A stretch of DNA of 64,000 nt from Roseateles sp. (GTDB lineage Bacteria > Pseudomonadota > Gammaproteobacteria > Burkholderiales > Burkholderiaceae_C): positions 312 through 64,311 of the forward strand of contig JAEUPJ010000064.1 of assembly GCA_016790285.1 (NCBI GenBank), read 5' to 3'. The notes beneath the pieces were generated by a model that saw only the letters and a program-made list of their open reading frames with translations, was not told the origin of the DNA and ran no database searches. Shown here one piece after another: positions 1 to 11,913 of this stretch (position 1 is the stretch's first letter; each line of letters starts with the position of its first letter). The translations under genes and the position numbers were made by a program.

Positions 1-254
1 CCGCCGAGAAGGACGCGCATGACCCGTCCAAGACCCATGCCGTGTTCAAGGGATTCGAGCCGATCAGCGCGGGCCAGATGAATACCGCTGAATACAACGA
101 AGCCGTGGCCGACCTGGTGGCGTTCATGCAATGGATGGCCGAGCCGCACCAGAGCCTGCGCGTGCGCTTGGGTGTTTTCGTGTTGCTGTTCCTCGCCGTG
201 TTCACCCTGATCGCGTGGCGGCTGAATGCCGCGTACTGGAAAGACGTCAAGTAG
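1..254 (+). CDS. petC: cytochrome c1 (bc1 complex), C-terminal fragment; the gene begins left of the window
   Basis: The translation ...EYNEAVADLVAFMQWMAEPHQ... is followed by a hydrophobic anchor (VFVLLFLAVFTLIAW) and YWKDVK*, a typical cytochrome c1 tail. It lies directly upstream of sspA-sspB. Confidence 0.7.
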   Translation, partial: AEKDAHDPSKTHAVFKGFEPISAGQMNTAEYNEAVADLVAFMQWMAEPHQSLRVRLGVFVLLFLAVFTLIAWRLNAAYWKDVK

Positions 255-377
255 TTGCCGTGCCGGCTCGGCCGCCCGGCCGAGCCCGCTGCCCGCGCGG
301 CGCGCTGCAAGGAGCGCTGCGCCCGATTCCCATTGCCGCGACCGAGCCGTCGCGCTGCTGACCAGGAGCCCGCCTCG

Positions 378-995
378 ATGATGGTGCTTTATTCCGGAAC
401 CACCTGCCCCTACTCACACCGCTGCCGTTTCGTGCTGTTCGAGAAGGGCATGGACTTCGAGATTCGCGACGTCGATCTCTTCGCCAAGCCCGAGGACATC
501 GCGCTGATGAACCCGTACAACGAGGTGCCGATCCTCGTCGAGCGCGACCTGATCCTGTACGAGTCGCACATCATCAACGAGTACATCGACGAGCGCTTCC
601 CGCACCCGCAGCTGATGCCCGGCGACCCGGTCGCCCGTGCCCGCGTGCGCCTGTTCCTGCTGAACTTCGAGAAGGAGCTGTTCGCCCACGTGAACATCCT
701 CGAAGGCCGTGGCACCACGACCAAGGCGACCGACAAGCAGCTCGAGAAGGCCCGCTCGCAGATCCGCGACCGCCTGACCCAGCTCGCCCCGATCTTCCTG
801 AAGAACAAGTACATGCTGGGCGACGACTTCTCGATGCTCGACGTGGCCATCGCCCCGTTGCTGTGGCGCCTGGACTACTACGGCATCGACATGTCCAAGA
901 ATGCGCTGCCGCTGCTGAAGTACGCCGAGCGCATCTTCAGCCGCCCGGCGTACATCGAGGCGCTGACGCCCTCCGAAAAGGTCATGCGCCGCTGA
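378..995 (+). CDS. sspA: stringent starvation protein A (GST-like)
   Basis: MMVLYSGTTCPYSHRCRFVLFEKGMDFEIRDVD... shows a GST/thioredoxin-like N-terminus typical of SspA. The ATG at 378 was chosen over the upstream ORF extension starting at 255. Confidence 0.85.
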   Translation: MMVLYSGTTCPYSHRCRFVLFEKGMDFEIRDVDLFAKPEDIALMNPYNEVPILVERDLILYESHIINEYIDERFPHPQLMPGDPVARARVRLFLLNFEKELFAHVNILEGRGTTTKATDKQLEKARSQIRDRLTQLAPIFLKNKYMLGDDFSMLDVAIAPLLWRLDYYGIDMSKNALPLLKYAERIFSRPAYIEALTPSEKVMRR

Positions 996-1009
996 ATCTC
1001 CCACCCCCT

Positions 1010-1069
1010 GCGCGCTTCGCGCGCCCCCTCAAGGGGGCACTCCCGGCCGACCGGCGGAGCCGGATCGGC
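1010..1069. repeat. REP-like cluster of short GC palindromes in the sspA-sspB spacer
   Basis: Three palindromes are visible: GCGCGCTTCGCGCGC (1010-1024), CCCCCTCAAGGGGG (1024-1037) and an imperfect one, GCCGACCGGC-GGA-GCCGGATCGGC (1046-1069). Confidence 0.4.
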
Positions 1070-1120
1070 GGGAGTCGCTGGGAATACGGACCACATGGGG
1101 CCTCTGGGCTGATGTAGTAC

Positions 1121-1639
1121 ATGGACAAATCGCAAGGCCAAGACGGTGGGGCGGGGGGCACGTCCACGCGCCCGTACCTGATCCGCGCACTGCACGACTG
1201 GTGCACGGACAACGGGTTCACGCCCTATGTCGCGGTGCACGTCGACCGCTCGGTGCAGGTGCCGATGGAGTACGTCTCGAACAACGAGATCGTGCTGAAC
1301 ATCGGCTTCGACGCGACCAGCGGGCTGGACCTGGGCAACGACTTCATCCAGTTCAAGGCCCGCTTCGGCGGCGTGGCGCGCGAGATCATCGTGCCGGTGG
1401 ACCATGTCGTGGCCATCTACGCCCGCGAGAACGGCCAGGGCATGGCCTTCCCGGCGCCCGAGCCGCTGGCCGAAGGCGCCCCCACCACGTTGCCGAGCTC
1501 GAGCCCCGCACCGGCCGAGGCCCCGCGCCGCAGCGGCCTGCGCCTGGCCAGCGAGGCGACGGACGACGATGGTGACGACACCCCGCCGCCCGACGCGCCC
1601 AGCGGCTCGCCGCGGCCTTCGCTCAAGCGGGTGAAGTGA
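1121..1639 (+). CDS. sspB: stringent starvation protein B / ClpXP adaptor
   Basis: RPYLIRALHDWCTDNGFTPYVAVHVD...IVLNI...F..RFGG matches the SspB N-domain. The C-terminal tail is acidic and Pro-rich. The gene is adjacent to sspA. Confidence 0.8.
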   Translation: MDKSQGQDGGAGGTSTRPYLIRALHDWCTDNGFTPYVAVHVDRSVQVPMEYVSNNEIVLNIGFDATSGLDLGNDFIQFKARFGGVAREIIVPVDHVVAIYARENGQGMAFPAPEPLAEGAPTTLPSSSPAPAEAPRRSGLRLASEATDDDGDDTPPPDAPSGSPRPSLKRVK

Positions 1640-1665
1640 ACGCCTAGAATGGCGCCCTGTTTTTC

Positions 1666-1741
1666 GCCGGCTTAGCTCAGTTGGTAGAGCAACCGCCTTG
1701 TAAGCGGTAGGTCATCAGTTCGAATCCGATAGCCGGCACCA
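1666..1741 (+). tRNA. tRNA-Thr (anticodon UGU)
   Basis: A 76-nt cloverleaf folded by hand. The acceptor stem is GCCGGCT/AGCCGGC and the D-arm is GCTC-AGTTGGTA-GAGC. The anticodon stem ACCGC/GCGGT carries the loop CTTGTAA. The T-loop is TTCGAAT, with one A-C mismatch in the T stem. The 3-prime ACCA is encoded. Confidence 0.85.
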
Positions 1742-1745
1742 CTTC

Positions 1746-1777
1746 AAGACCCCATCGCCCCGCGGCGTTGGGGTCTT
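1746..1777. terminator. hairpin between the tRNA-Thr 3-prime end and the convergent DUF721 gene stop
   Basis: AAGACCCCA (1746-1754) pairs with TGGGGTCTT (1769-1777) across a 14-nt loop. A short T-rich tract (GTCATTTCT) follows. Confidence 0.35.
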
Positions 1778-1778
1778 G

Positions 1779-2117
1779 TCATTTCTGGATGAGCTTGATG
1801 CGGATGCGCCCGGGCAGCCCGGCCTGGGCCAGCAGCGCCTCCAGGCGCGGCAGCAGCTGGCGCAGCTTGGCCGCCACCGCGGCATTGGCGGCCAGCACGC
1901 TCCAGCCGTCCTCGTCCAGGGGCCCGGGCTGCAGGCTGGCAGCGAGGTTGCCGGGCAGGGCGGGCGAAATCAGGCGCAAGCGCCGCCGCGACCCCTCCAG
2001 CCGCTCACCGAGCCGGGCCAGGGCCGCGTGCTCGCGCAGCGCCTGCGCCACGGGCGTGGGCGCAGGGATGCTGGCGCGCGGCACCTTCGGGGGCAGGTAG
2101 CGGGGCGGGGCGGTCAT
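1779..2117 (-). CDS. DUF721 (DciA-like) domain protein
   Basis: The C-terminal part ...DGWSVLAANAAVAAKLRQLLPRLEALLAQAGLPGRIRIKLIQK resembles DUF721 proteins. It is divergent from secA. The ATG at 2117 was preferred to the 2201 extension. Confidence 0.5.
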   Translation of the reverse strand: MTAPPRYLPPKVPRASIPAPTPVAQALREHAALARLGERLEGSRRRLRLISPALPGNLAASLQPGPLDEDGWSVLAANAAVAAKLRQLLPRLEALLAQAGLPGRIRIKLIQK

Positions 2118-2310
2118 GCGGGCAGTGTAGTGAGGGCGGCTGGCCGACGGCTTGCGCGAAAGACCCGCTGCTAAACTGCGCCGTTTTGCGCGACCGGGCA
2201 AGTCCTTCTTGCAATGCCTTGCCGCGTCCCCAGATTCGCGCCCTCAGTTTCGCGTTCCCGCCGGCCGGGCTTGCCCGCCAGCTTCAGCGCAGCACCCCAT
2301 TCTTCGCAGC

Positions 2311-5055
<2,745 letters not shown>

Positions 5056-5077
5056 GTTCCAGGCACCTTCACCCCTC

Positions 5078-5107
5078 ACGGGCCGGCTTAGCCGGCCCGT
5101 TTTCGTT
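5078..5107 (+). terminator. rho-independent terminator after secA
   Basis: ACGGGCCGGC-TTA-GCCGGCCCGT is a perfect 10-bp stem, followed by TTTCGTT. Confidence 0.7.
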
Positions 5108-5281
5108 GTGCAACCCCCTCCGGACCCCACCCAGTTGAGGGGAAGACTGTGTGTTTGAGCACATCCGAGGGGGGCCGCCACGCGCATGGGGGGTGCTCGG
5201 CGGGGGAAGGCCCCCCTAGAGTGCAGTCCAAGCCCCGGTCAAAGCCAGGGTAGTCACTGATAGAGAACCTGAAAGCACGTC

Positions 5282-5830
5282 ATGAAAACGTTGTCCGCAG
5301 CCCTCGCCGCCCTCAGCCTGGCCTTCGCCGGCGCCGCCTCGGCCGCACCCGTGACGATCAGCGTCCAGCAAAGCAGCGTGGACGGCTACGCCGCCGACCT
5401 CTTCTCCGGCAACGCCACGGCCTTCGCCGACCAGCACAGCTTCAGCCTGGGCAGCCTCACGACGCTGACCGGCCAGCTGCGCACCGTCATCGTCGACGGC
5501 GACCCGGACGCCACCACGCCCTACCTGGACATCCAGTCCGCCTACCTGAAGTCGGCCAGCGGCGTGCGCGTCGACCTGTTCGAGACCGTCGGCTTCGACT
5601 GGGCGCACGGCCAGAGCGGCATCGAGATCTGGGACCTGTCCTCCGTGCAACTGGGTGCCGGCCAGTGGACCCTGTTCGTGAACGGCGTCGGCATCAATGA
5701 CAAGGGTGCCGACGGCTACGCCGGCCGCCTGACCGGCAATGCCGCCGACCTGCCCGAGCCTGCCGCCCTGGCGCTGGTCGCCACCGCGCTGGCCGCCCTC
5801 GGCATGAGCCGCCGCCGCCGCAACGGCTGA
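5282..5830 (+). CDS. PEP-CTERM sorting-domain secreted protein
   Basis: It has a signal peptide (MKTLSAALAALSLAFAGAASA). The C-terminal end is LPEPAALALVATALAALGMSRRRR, which gives the PEP motif, a TM helix and an Arg cluster. Confidence 0.8.
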   Translation: MKTLSAALAALSLAFAGAASAAPVTISVQQSSVDGYAADLFSGNATAFADQHSFSLGSLTTLTGQLRTVIVDGDPDATTPYLDIQSAYLKSASGVRVDLFETVGFDWAHGQSGIEIWDLSSVQLGAGQWTLFVNGVGINDKGADGYAGRLTGNAADLPEPAALALVATALAALGMSRRRRNG

Positions 5831-5860
5831 GCCCCTCGACAGAACCTTCCGGACCCGGCC

Positions 5861-6532
5861 ATGAACAAGCAACTCACCTTCCTCGCCCTCGCCGCTGCCA
5901 GCGTCGCCGCCCACGCGGCCACGGTGGACATCACCTACATGGGCAAGGACACGAGCTCCCCCGTCGTGCGCACCTCCCAGACCGGCCAGGTCGCCGCGGG
6001 CGTGCTGAACTACGTCGACACGGTGTCGGGCAGCTTCCTCGCCTACTGCATCGAGCCGGCCCAGCCCAACGCGCTCACGACCTACGGCGCCCAGACCTAC
6101 ACCGTCGACAGCTTCTCCGGCAGCCAGGCCACGCTGCTGCAGGGCCTGTTCTCGAGCACCTACGGCTCGGTGCAGACCGCGAATCAGCAGGCCGCCTTCC
6201 AGCTGGCCGTGTGGGAGATCACCCGCGAGACGAACAGCACGCTGGACGTGTCGCTCAACGCCGGCAGCTTCTTTCTGCGCCCGGCCAACAGCTCCGCCGC
6301 TGCCCAGCAGACCGCTTCGACGCTGCAAGGCCTGGCCAACAGCTACCTCAGCGCGGCGCAAAGCTACCAGGGCGCGTCGCTGTACTCGCTGAGCCGCCTG
6401 ACCAGCGCCGCCTACCAGGACCTCGTCGTCGCCGTGCCGGCCAATGCCGTGCCCGAGCCCGAGACGTATGCCCTGCTGCTGGGCGGCCTGGGCATCGTCA
6501 GCCTCGTGGCGCGCCGCCGACTGCCGCGCTGA
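5861..6532 (+). CDS. PEP-CTERM secreted protein with thioester-domain-like (TQXA-type) motifs
   Basis: It has a signal peptide and a C-terminal [24 protein letters not shown]. Internal motifs are AYCIEP (Cys63) and FQLAVWEI (Gln114). Confidence 0.8.
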   Translation: MNKQLTFLALAAASVAAHAATVDITYMGKDTSSPVVRTSQTGQVAAGVLNYVDTVSGSFLAYCIEPAQPNALTTYGAQTYTVDSFSGSQATLLQGLFSSTYGSVQTANQQAAFQLAVWEITRETNSTLDVSLNAGSFFLRPANSSAAAQQTASTLQGLANSYLSAAQSYQGASLYSLSRLTSAAYQDLVVAVPANAVPEPETYALLLGGLGIVSLVARRRLPR

Positions 6533-6560
6533 ACGGGCTGCGCACGCTGCGCACCACGTG

Positions 6561-6588
6561 AGGGCTCCTTCGGGAGCCCTTTGTTTTT
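6561..6588 (+). terminator. rho-independent terminator after the PEP-CTERM gene pair
   Basis: AGGGCTCC-TTCG-GGAGCCCT followed by TTGTTTTT. Confidence 0.8.
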
Positions 6589-6665
6589 CCGGCGTGCGGC
6601 TGCGGCTTCCTTGCCGCGGCTTCCTACAATCCGCGCGCCTTCACCCCGACTCTGCTGAGCGCGCC

Positions 6666-7895
6666 ATGCCCGTCAATCTCTCCGCCCCCGATCCCGCCAC
6701 CCTCCTGCCCGTGCCGGGCGTGCGCCTCGGCGTGACGATGGCTGGCGTGCGCAAGGCCAACCGCCGCGACCTGAGCGTCATTGCGCTGGACGAAGGCGCC
6801 GCCGTCGCCGGCGTGTTCACCACCAACCGCTTCTGCGCCGCCCCCGTGCAGGTGTGCCGCGAGCACCTGGCCGGCGGCTCGGCCGTCCGGGCGCTGGTCA
6901 TCAACACCGGCAATGCGAACGCCGGCACCGGCGCCGACGGCCTCGCCCGTGCGCGCCAGACCTGCCAGGCCCTGGCCGACCTGCTCGGCTGCACGCCGCA
7001 GCAGATCCTGCCGTTCTCCACCGGCGTCATCATGGAGACGCTGCCCGTGGATCGCATCGCCGCCGGCCTGCCCGCCGCGCTCGCCGCCCTGCGCGACGAC
7101 GGCTGGGGCGAAGCCGCCGCCGGCATCATGACCACCGACACCCTGCCCAAGGCCGCCTCGCGCCGCATCACGCTCGGTGGCGTGCCGGTCACGCTGACGG
7201 GCATTTCCAAGGGCGCCGGCATGATCCGCCCCAACATGGCCACCATGCTCGGCTTCGTCGCGACCGACGCCAACATCGCCCCCGCCTTGCTGCAGCCGCT
7301 CGTGAAGGAGGCCGCTGACGCCTCCTTCAACCGCATCACCATCGACGGCGACACCTCCACCAACGACTGCTTCATGCTGATCGCGAGCCGCCGGGCCGCG
7401 CACGCCGAGATCACGTCGCTGGACAGCGCCGACGCCCAGGCCCTGCGCGCCGCGCTGGTTGCCGTGGCGCAGGAGCTGGCCCAGGCCATCGTGCGCGACG
7501 GCGAGGGCGCCACCAAGTTCATCACCATCACGGTCGGGGGCGGCCGCGACGAGGCCGAGTGCAAGCTCGCCGCCTACGCCATCGCCCACTCGCCACTGGT
7601 CAAGACCGCCTTCTTCGCGAGCGACCCCAACCTCGGCCGCATCCTGGCCGCGGTCGGCTATGCCGGCATCGGCGACCTGGACCAGGGCCTGATCGACCTG
7701 GACCTCGACGACGTGGCCGTCGTGCGCCAAGGCGGGCGCCTGCCGGCCTACCGCGAGGAAGACGGCCAGCGCGTCATGAAGCAGGCCGAGATCACCATCC
7801 GCATCGGGCTCAACCGCGGCAGTGCCAGCGCCACCGTCTGGACCTGCGACCTGAGCCACGACTACGTCAGCATCAACGCCGACTATCGAAGCTGA
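6666..7895 (+). CDS. argJ: bifunctional glutamate N-acetyltransferase / amino-acid acetyltransferase
   Basis: [13 protein letters not shown]..., NTGNANAGTG, and the autoprocessing site [13 protein letters not shown], with a full-length ArgJ pattern. The ATG at 6666 was chosen. Confidence 0.95.
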   Translation: MPVNLSAPDPATLLPVPGVRLGVTMAGVRKANRRDLSVIALDEGAAVAGVFTTNRFCAAPVQVCREHLAGGSAVRALVINTGNANAGTGADGLARARQTCQALADLLGCTPQQILPFSTGVIMETLPVDRIAAGLPAALAALRDDGWGEAAAGIMTTDTLPKAASRRITLGGVPVTLTGISKGAGMIRPNMATMLGFVATDANIAPALLQPLVKEAADASFNRITIDGDTSTNDCFMLIASRRAAHAEITSLDSADAQALRAALVAVAQELAQAIVRDGEGATKFITITVGGGRDEAECKLAAYAIAHSPLVKTAFFASDPNLGRILAAVGYAGIGDLDQGLIDLDLDDVAVVRQGGRLPAYREEDGQRVMKQAEITIRIGLNRGSASATVWTCDLSHDYVSINADYRS

Positions 7896-8003
7896 TACCT
7901 GCCCCGGCTTGGGGTTTGTGCTCTCAGGGCTTTATCGCATGACCATCGGCGCCTGCCCGGGTGCCGTTCAAAATCGGCGGCATCCCAACCCGGACACCGC
8001 TCG

Positions 8004-10133
8004 ATGAAGCTTCCCCTGTCTGCCCTCACCCTCGCCGCCGTCGTCGCCACGAGCGCCCAGGCGCAAGGCCTCAGCTACCCCGTCACCCGCAAGGTCGACC
8101 AGGCCGACACCTACCACGGCACCACCGTTGCCGACCCCTACCGCTGGCTGGAAGACGACAACGCCGCCGACACCAAGGCCTGGGTCGTCCAGCAGAACGA
8201 GGTCACCGACAAGTTCCTCGCCGCCATGCCGCAGCGCCTGCCGGCGCGGCGCATCTACACCGAGCTCTACAACTTCGAGCGCTTTGGCATCCCCTTCCAC
8301 GAGGGCGGCCGCTACTTCTGGACGCGCAACGACGGCCTGCAGCAGCAGAACGTGCTCTACACGGCCAAGTCGCTGGGCGACACGCCGCAGGTGGCGCTGG
8401 ACCCCAACACGATGAGCAAGGACGGCACCGTGGCGCTCAGCGGCATCGTGCCCTCGCGCAACGGCAAGCTGCTGGCCTACGGCGTGGCCGGCGCCGGCTC
8501 CGACTGGCAGACCTGGAAGGTGCGCGACCTCGCCACCGGCCAGGACCTGGACGACAAGATCGAGTGGGTCAAGTTCAGCAGCGCCTCCTGGACAGCCGAC
8601 GGCCGCGGCTTCTTCTACGCCCGCTACGACGCGCCCAAGGACGGCGAGAAGCTCAAGGGCGCCAACTACTTCCAGAAGCTCTACTACCACCGCCTGGGCA
8701 CGCCGCAGTCCGAGGACGTGCTGGTGGCCGAGAACCGTGACGACAAGGAATGGGGCTTCGGCACCGAGGTGTCCGACGACGGCCAGCTGCTGCTCATCAG
8801 CGTCTGGAAGAGCGCCGGCAGCAAGAACGGCCTGATGGTGCTGCCACTGCCCCAGGGGCGCTTTGCCGGCGGCAAGCCCATGCCCGTCACGCTGAGCTTC
8901 GATGCCCAGTACACGCCGGTGGCCGTCGTGGGCGGCAAGCTCATCGTCAAGACCGACAAGGACGCGCCGCGCGGCCGGCTCGTCGCCATCGACCCCAGGA
9001 AGCCCGCGCCCGCCGCCTGGAAGACGCTGGTGGCCGAAGGCCCCGACGCGATGACCGCGGCCTCTGCGGTCGGCGGCCGCTACCTGCTGAGCTACCTGCA
9101 TGACGCCGCGACGCTGGTGCGCGTGCACGCGGCCGATGGCAAGCCGCTGTCGGACGTGACGCTGCCAGGCGTCGGCACGGCCGGCGGCTTCGGCGGCCGC
9201 TGGGGCGACCGCGAGACCTTCTTCAGCTACACCAGCCTCACGACACCCGCCTCCATCTACCGCTACGACGTCAAGACCGGCAAGGCCGAGCTCTTCAAGT
9301 CGCCCAAGACCGCCTTCAACAGCGACGACTTCGAGACCCGCCGCGAGTTCGTCACCAGCAAGGACGGCACGCGCTTCCCGATCTTCATCGCCGCCAAGAA
9401 GGGCCTCAAGCTCGACGGCAGCAACCCCACGCTGCTGTACGGTTATGGCGGCTTCGACATCCCCATCACCCCGGGCTACGGCGTCACCGCCGCGACCTGG
9501 CTCAAGATGGGTGGTGTCTACGTCATCGCCTCCATCCGCGGCGGGGGCGAATACGGCTCGGCCTGGCACGAGGCCGGCACCAAGCTCAAGAAGCAGAACG
9601 TCTTCGACGACTTCATCGCCGCGGGCGAATGGCTGGTGGCCAACAAGGTGGCCAGCCCCGCCACGCTCGCCATCAACGGTGGCAGCAATGGCGGCCTGCT
9701 CGTCGGCGCGGTGACCAACCAGCGTCCCGACCTCTTCGCCGCCGCCGTGCCCCAGGTGGGCGTGATGGACATGCTGCGCTACCAGAACTTCACCATCGGC
9801 TGGGCCTGGGCGACCGACTACGGCACCGTGAAGGACAGCCCGGAGATGTTCAAGGCGCTGCTGGCCTACTCGCCGCTGCACAACATCAAGAGCGGCGTGA
9901 ACTACCCGGCCGTGCTCATCACCACCGGCGACCACGACGACCGCGTCGTGCCCGCGCACAGCTTCAAGTACGCCGCTGCGCTGCAGGCCGCCGAGACGGG
10001 TGCCGCGCCCAAGCTCATCCGCATCGAGACCAACGCCGGCCACGGCGCGGGCAAGCCCACCTCCAAGATCATCGAGGAGCGCAGCGACGTGCTCGCCTTC
10101 ATCGCCCACACGATGAAGTTGGAAGTGAAGTGA
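8004..10133 (+). CDS. prolyl oligopeptidase (S9A family), secreted
   Basis: Signal peptide, then YPVTRKVDQADTYHGTTVADPYRWLEDD, GGSNGGLL (catalytic Ser) and DHDDRV...NAGHG. Confidence 0.9.
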   Translation: MKLPLSALTLAAVVATSAQAQGLSYPVTRKVDQADTYHGTTVADPYRWLEDDNAADTKAWVVQQNEVTDKFLAAMPQRLPARRIYTELYNFERFGIPFHEGGRYFWTRNDGLQQQNVLYTAKSLGDTPQVALDPNTMSKDGTVALSGIVPSRNGKLLAYGVAGAGSDWQTWKVRDLATGQDLDDKIEWVKFSSASWTADGRGFFYARYDAPKDGEKLKGANYFQKLYYHRLGTPQSEDVLVAENRDDKEWGFGTEVSDDGQLLLISVWKSAGSKNGLMVLPLPQGRFAGGKPMPVTLSFDAQYTPVAVVGGKLIVKTDKDAPRGRLVAIDPRKPAPAAWKTLVAEGPDAMTAASAVGGRYLLSYLHDAATLVRVHAADGKPLSDVTLPGVGTAGGFGGRWGDRETFFSYTSLTTPASIYRYDVKTGKAELFKSPKTAFNSDDFETRREFVTSKDGTRFPIFIAAKKGLKLDGSNPTLLYGYGGFDIPITPGYGVTAATWLKMGGVYVIASIRGGGEYGSAWHEAGTKLKKQNVFDDFIAAGEWLVANKVASPATLAINGGSNGGLLVGAVTNQRPDLFAAAVPQVGVMDMLRYQNFTIGWAWATDYGTVKDSPEMFKALLAYSPLHNIKSGVNYPAVLITTGDHDDRVVPAHSFKYAAALQAAETGAAPKLIRIETNAGHGAGKPTSKIIEERSDVLAFIAHTMKLEVK

Positions 10134-10576
10134 GTGCGGGGGTCGCCCTGCGCGACCTGTGCGCCGCCGACGCGCCAGCGCTGGTGGCGCTCTACCAGCA
10201 CCTGAACCCGGGTGACGCACCGCCCACGGCCGAGGCCGTGCGGGCGGTGTTCGCCCACCCGGGGTTGCGGCATTTCGGCCTCGATCTCGGCGGGCAGCTC
10301 ATCGCCAGCTGCAACCTGGCGGTCATTCCCAACCTCACCCGCGGTGGGCAGGCCTATGGCGTCATCGAGAACGTCGTGACGCACGCTGACCACCGCGGCC
10401 GGGGCCACGGCCAGGCGGTCGTGCGGCATGCCATCGAGCAGGCGTGGGGCAGCGGCTGCTACAAGGTGGTGCTCACCACCAGCCGCAAGGACCCCGCCGT
10501 CTGGGCCTTCTACGAGCGCTGCGGCTTCGCCAGCGGCGACAAGCGGGCCTTCGTCATCCGCGCCCCGCGGGGCTGA
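10130..10576 (+). CDS. GNAT family N-acetyltransferase
   Basis: The GTG start overlaps the upstream stop by 4 nt. The acetyl-CoA motif is HADHRGRGHGQAVV, and FYERCGF is also present. Confidence 0.75.
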   Translation: MSAGVALRDLCAADAPALVALYQHLNPGDAPPTAEAVRAVFAHPGLRHFGLDLGGQLIASCNLAVIPNLTRGGQAYGVIENVVTHADHRGRGHGQAVVRHAIEQAWGSGCYKVVLTTSRKDPAVWAFYERCGFASGDKRAFVIRAPRG

Positions 10577-10580
10577 GCGG

Positions 10581-11855
10581 TCAGAAGTTCACCGCCTTGG
10601 TCTTGAAGCCGCGCGCCACCAGCGTGGCGTTGATGAGCTGGGCCTGCTCGCGGCTGGCAAACGGCCAGACCGTGGCTCGCCAGCCTTCCGGGGTCTGGAT
10701 CACGTCGGCCTGCAGCGTGTCGGGGTCGCCGTGCACGCCCTCCAGGCTCGCCTGCATCTTCTTGAGCAGCGCCTCGGCCTCGGCCTTGGTGCCGGGCGGC
10801 CCCACGAGGGCGACGACGACCTTGTCGGGCGACTTGGCCATGCGCACCAGGCGGGTGTCGGCGGGCTCGGGCTTGGCCTCGGCGGCCTTGACGTCCGCCT
10901 TGCCCTCGGTCTTGCCGTCCTGCCTGGCGGGCTTGTCGCCCGCGCTGCCGCGCTCCTCGACCGGCTTGCTGCGCAGCAGGGGCGGGCGCTTGATGCCGTC
11001 GGTGCGCTCCACGAGCCGCGGGCGGATGTCGGGCGGCGGTGCATCGGGGTCGGGCTCGCTGGCCGCCGCCTGCGCGGCGGAGGCTGCACTTGCCGCGCCT
11101 TCCGGACCCGATGCGGGGGCCGAAGCGGGCAGGGCGGCGTCGGGGGCCGACGCACCGGGCGCCGATGCCGGCGGGGCGATGGGCGCTGAAGCCGCCGCGG
11201 CGGGCTCCGGCACGACCTCGACCTTCGGCGTGGGTCGCAGCAGCCATGCACTGCCGCCGGCGAGCACCAGCAGCAGCGCCGCAGCCGCACCCAGGCGGCG
11301 TGGGTCCCAGAGCCGGCGGCCGGTGATCTCCGACGGGATGCCTCGCCCGGCCAGCACGCGCGTGCGCTTGCTGCCCTGGTCGATGCCGGCCGTCATCAGG
11401 TAGATCTCGAACGGCCAGCCGCTGTGCTGGCTGGCCACCGCTTCGTCGATGACGATGACCCGCCAGGGGCGCGTCTCGGGCGTCGCGGGCGGCTCCATGA
11501 AGCCATGGGCCAGCGCAAAGCGCTCGACCCGCCCCGGGCTCAGGCCCGGCAGGAAGCGTTCGCTGAACGCGCGCCACTGCGTGCGCGGCTTGGCGCCGGG
11601 CAGGCGCAGCGCGCGCACCAGCCCCCGCAGGCGCTGCGCGAGCGCGCCAGCGGCTGACTGTCGCGGGGCTGCGGCCAGCTCGTCGAACGTGACGGCATCG
11701 GTCAGGACGGGCTCGACGAGGCCGCCCGCCTCGGCCGAGGCGCGCACGAAAGGCAGGGCGACCACGCCGACGGTGTGCACGTCGCCCACGGCGATGCGGC
11801 GCGCCAGCGGGTGGCGGTTGTGCCAGGCGACGATCTGTTCAGCAAGACGCTCCAT
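10581..11855 (-). CDS. SPOR domain-containing protein with a low-complexity Ala/Pro linker
   Basis: The C-terminus ...VVVALVGPPGTKAEAEALLKKMQ...TPEGWRATVWPFASREQAQLINATLVARGFKTKAVNF is SPOR-like. The start is ATG 11855; an alternative GTG lies at 11888. Confidence 0.65.
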   Translation of the reverse strand: MERLAEQIVAWHNRHPLARRIAVGDVHTVGVVALPFVRASAEAGGLVEPVLTDAVTFDELAAAPRQSAAGALAQRLRGLVRALRLPGAKPRTQWRAFSERFLPGLSPGRVERFALAHGFMEPPATPETRPWRVIVIDEAVASQHSGWPFEIYLMTAGIDQGSKRTRVLAGRGIPSEITGRRLWDPRRLGAAAALLLVLAGGSAWLLRPTPKVEVVPEPAAAASAPIAPPASAPGASAPDAALPASAPASGPEGAASAASAAQAAASEPDPDAPPPDIRPRLVERTDGIKRPPLLRSKPVEERGSAGDKPARQDGKTEGKADVKAAEAKPEPADTRLVRMAKSPDKVVVALVGPPGTKAEAEALLKKMQASLEGVHGDPDTLQADVIQTPEGWRATVWPFASREQAQLINATLVARGFKTKAVNF

Positions 11856-11913
11856 GACGGATGGATCATCCCCCGGCCGGCGCGGCACCGGCGCGGGGAT
11901 CAGGCCGGTGAAG

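Noticed and set aside
255-377. Upstream in-frame extensions of sspA (255), secA (2152), argJ (6444), the LytS kinase (18372), the LytTR regulator (19559) and others in the ORF track
   Set aside because: The conserved protein N-termini begin at internal ATGs. The extensions are Arg/Pro/Ala-rich read-through of intergenic or upstream-gene DNA.
1641-1665. TAGAAT hexamer (1645-1650) 15 nt upstream of tRNA-Thr as a possible tRNA promoter
   Set aside because: No convincing -35 element lies at 16-19 nt spacing. The tRNA may equally be processed from the sspB transcript. The evidence is too weak to call.
7968-10220. 750-aa minus-strand ORF antisense to the prolyl oligopeptidase gene
   Set aside because: It is a shadow ORF of a confidently identified plus-strand gene, and its composition is not protein-like.
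10444-11577. Alternative-frame ORFs (10444-11403 plus strand, 10510-11577 minus strand) overlapping the SPOR gene
   Set aside because: Only the 10581-11855 frame ends in a recognisable SPOR domain. The other frames are produced by the Ala/Pro/Gly low-complexity linker.
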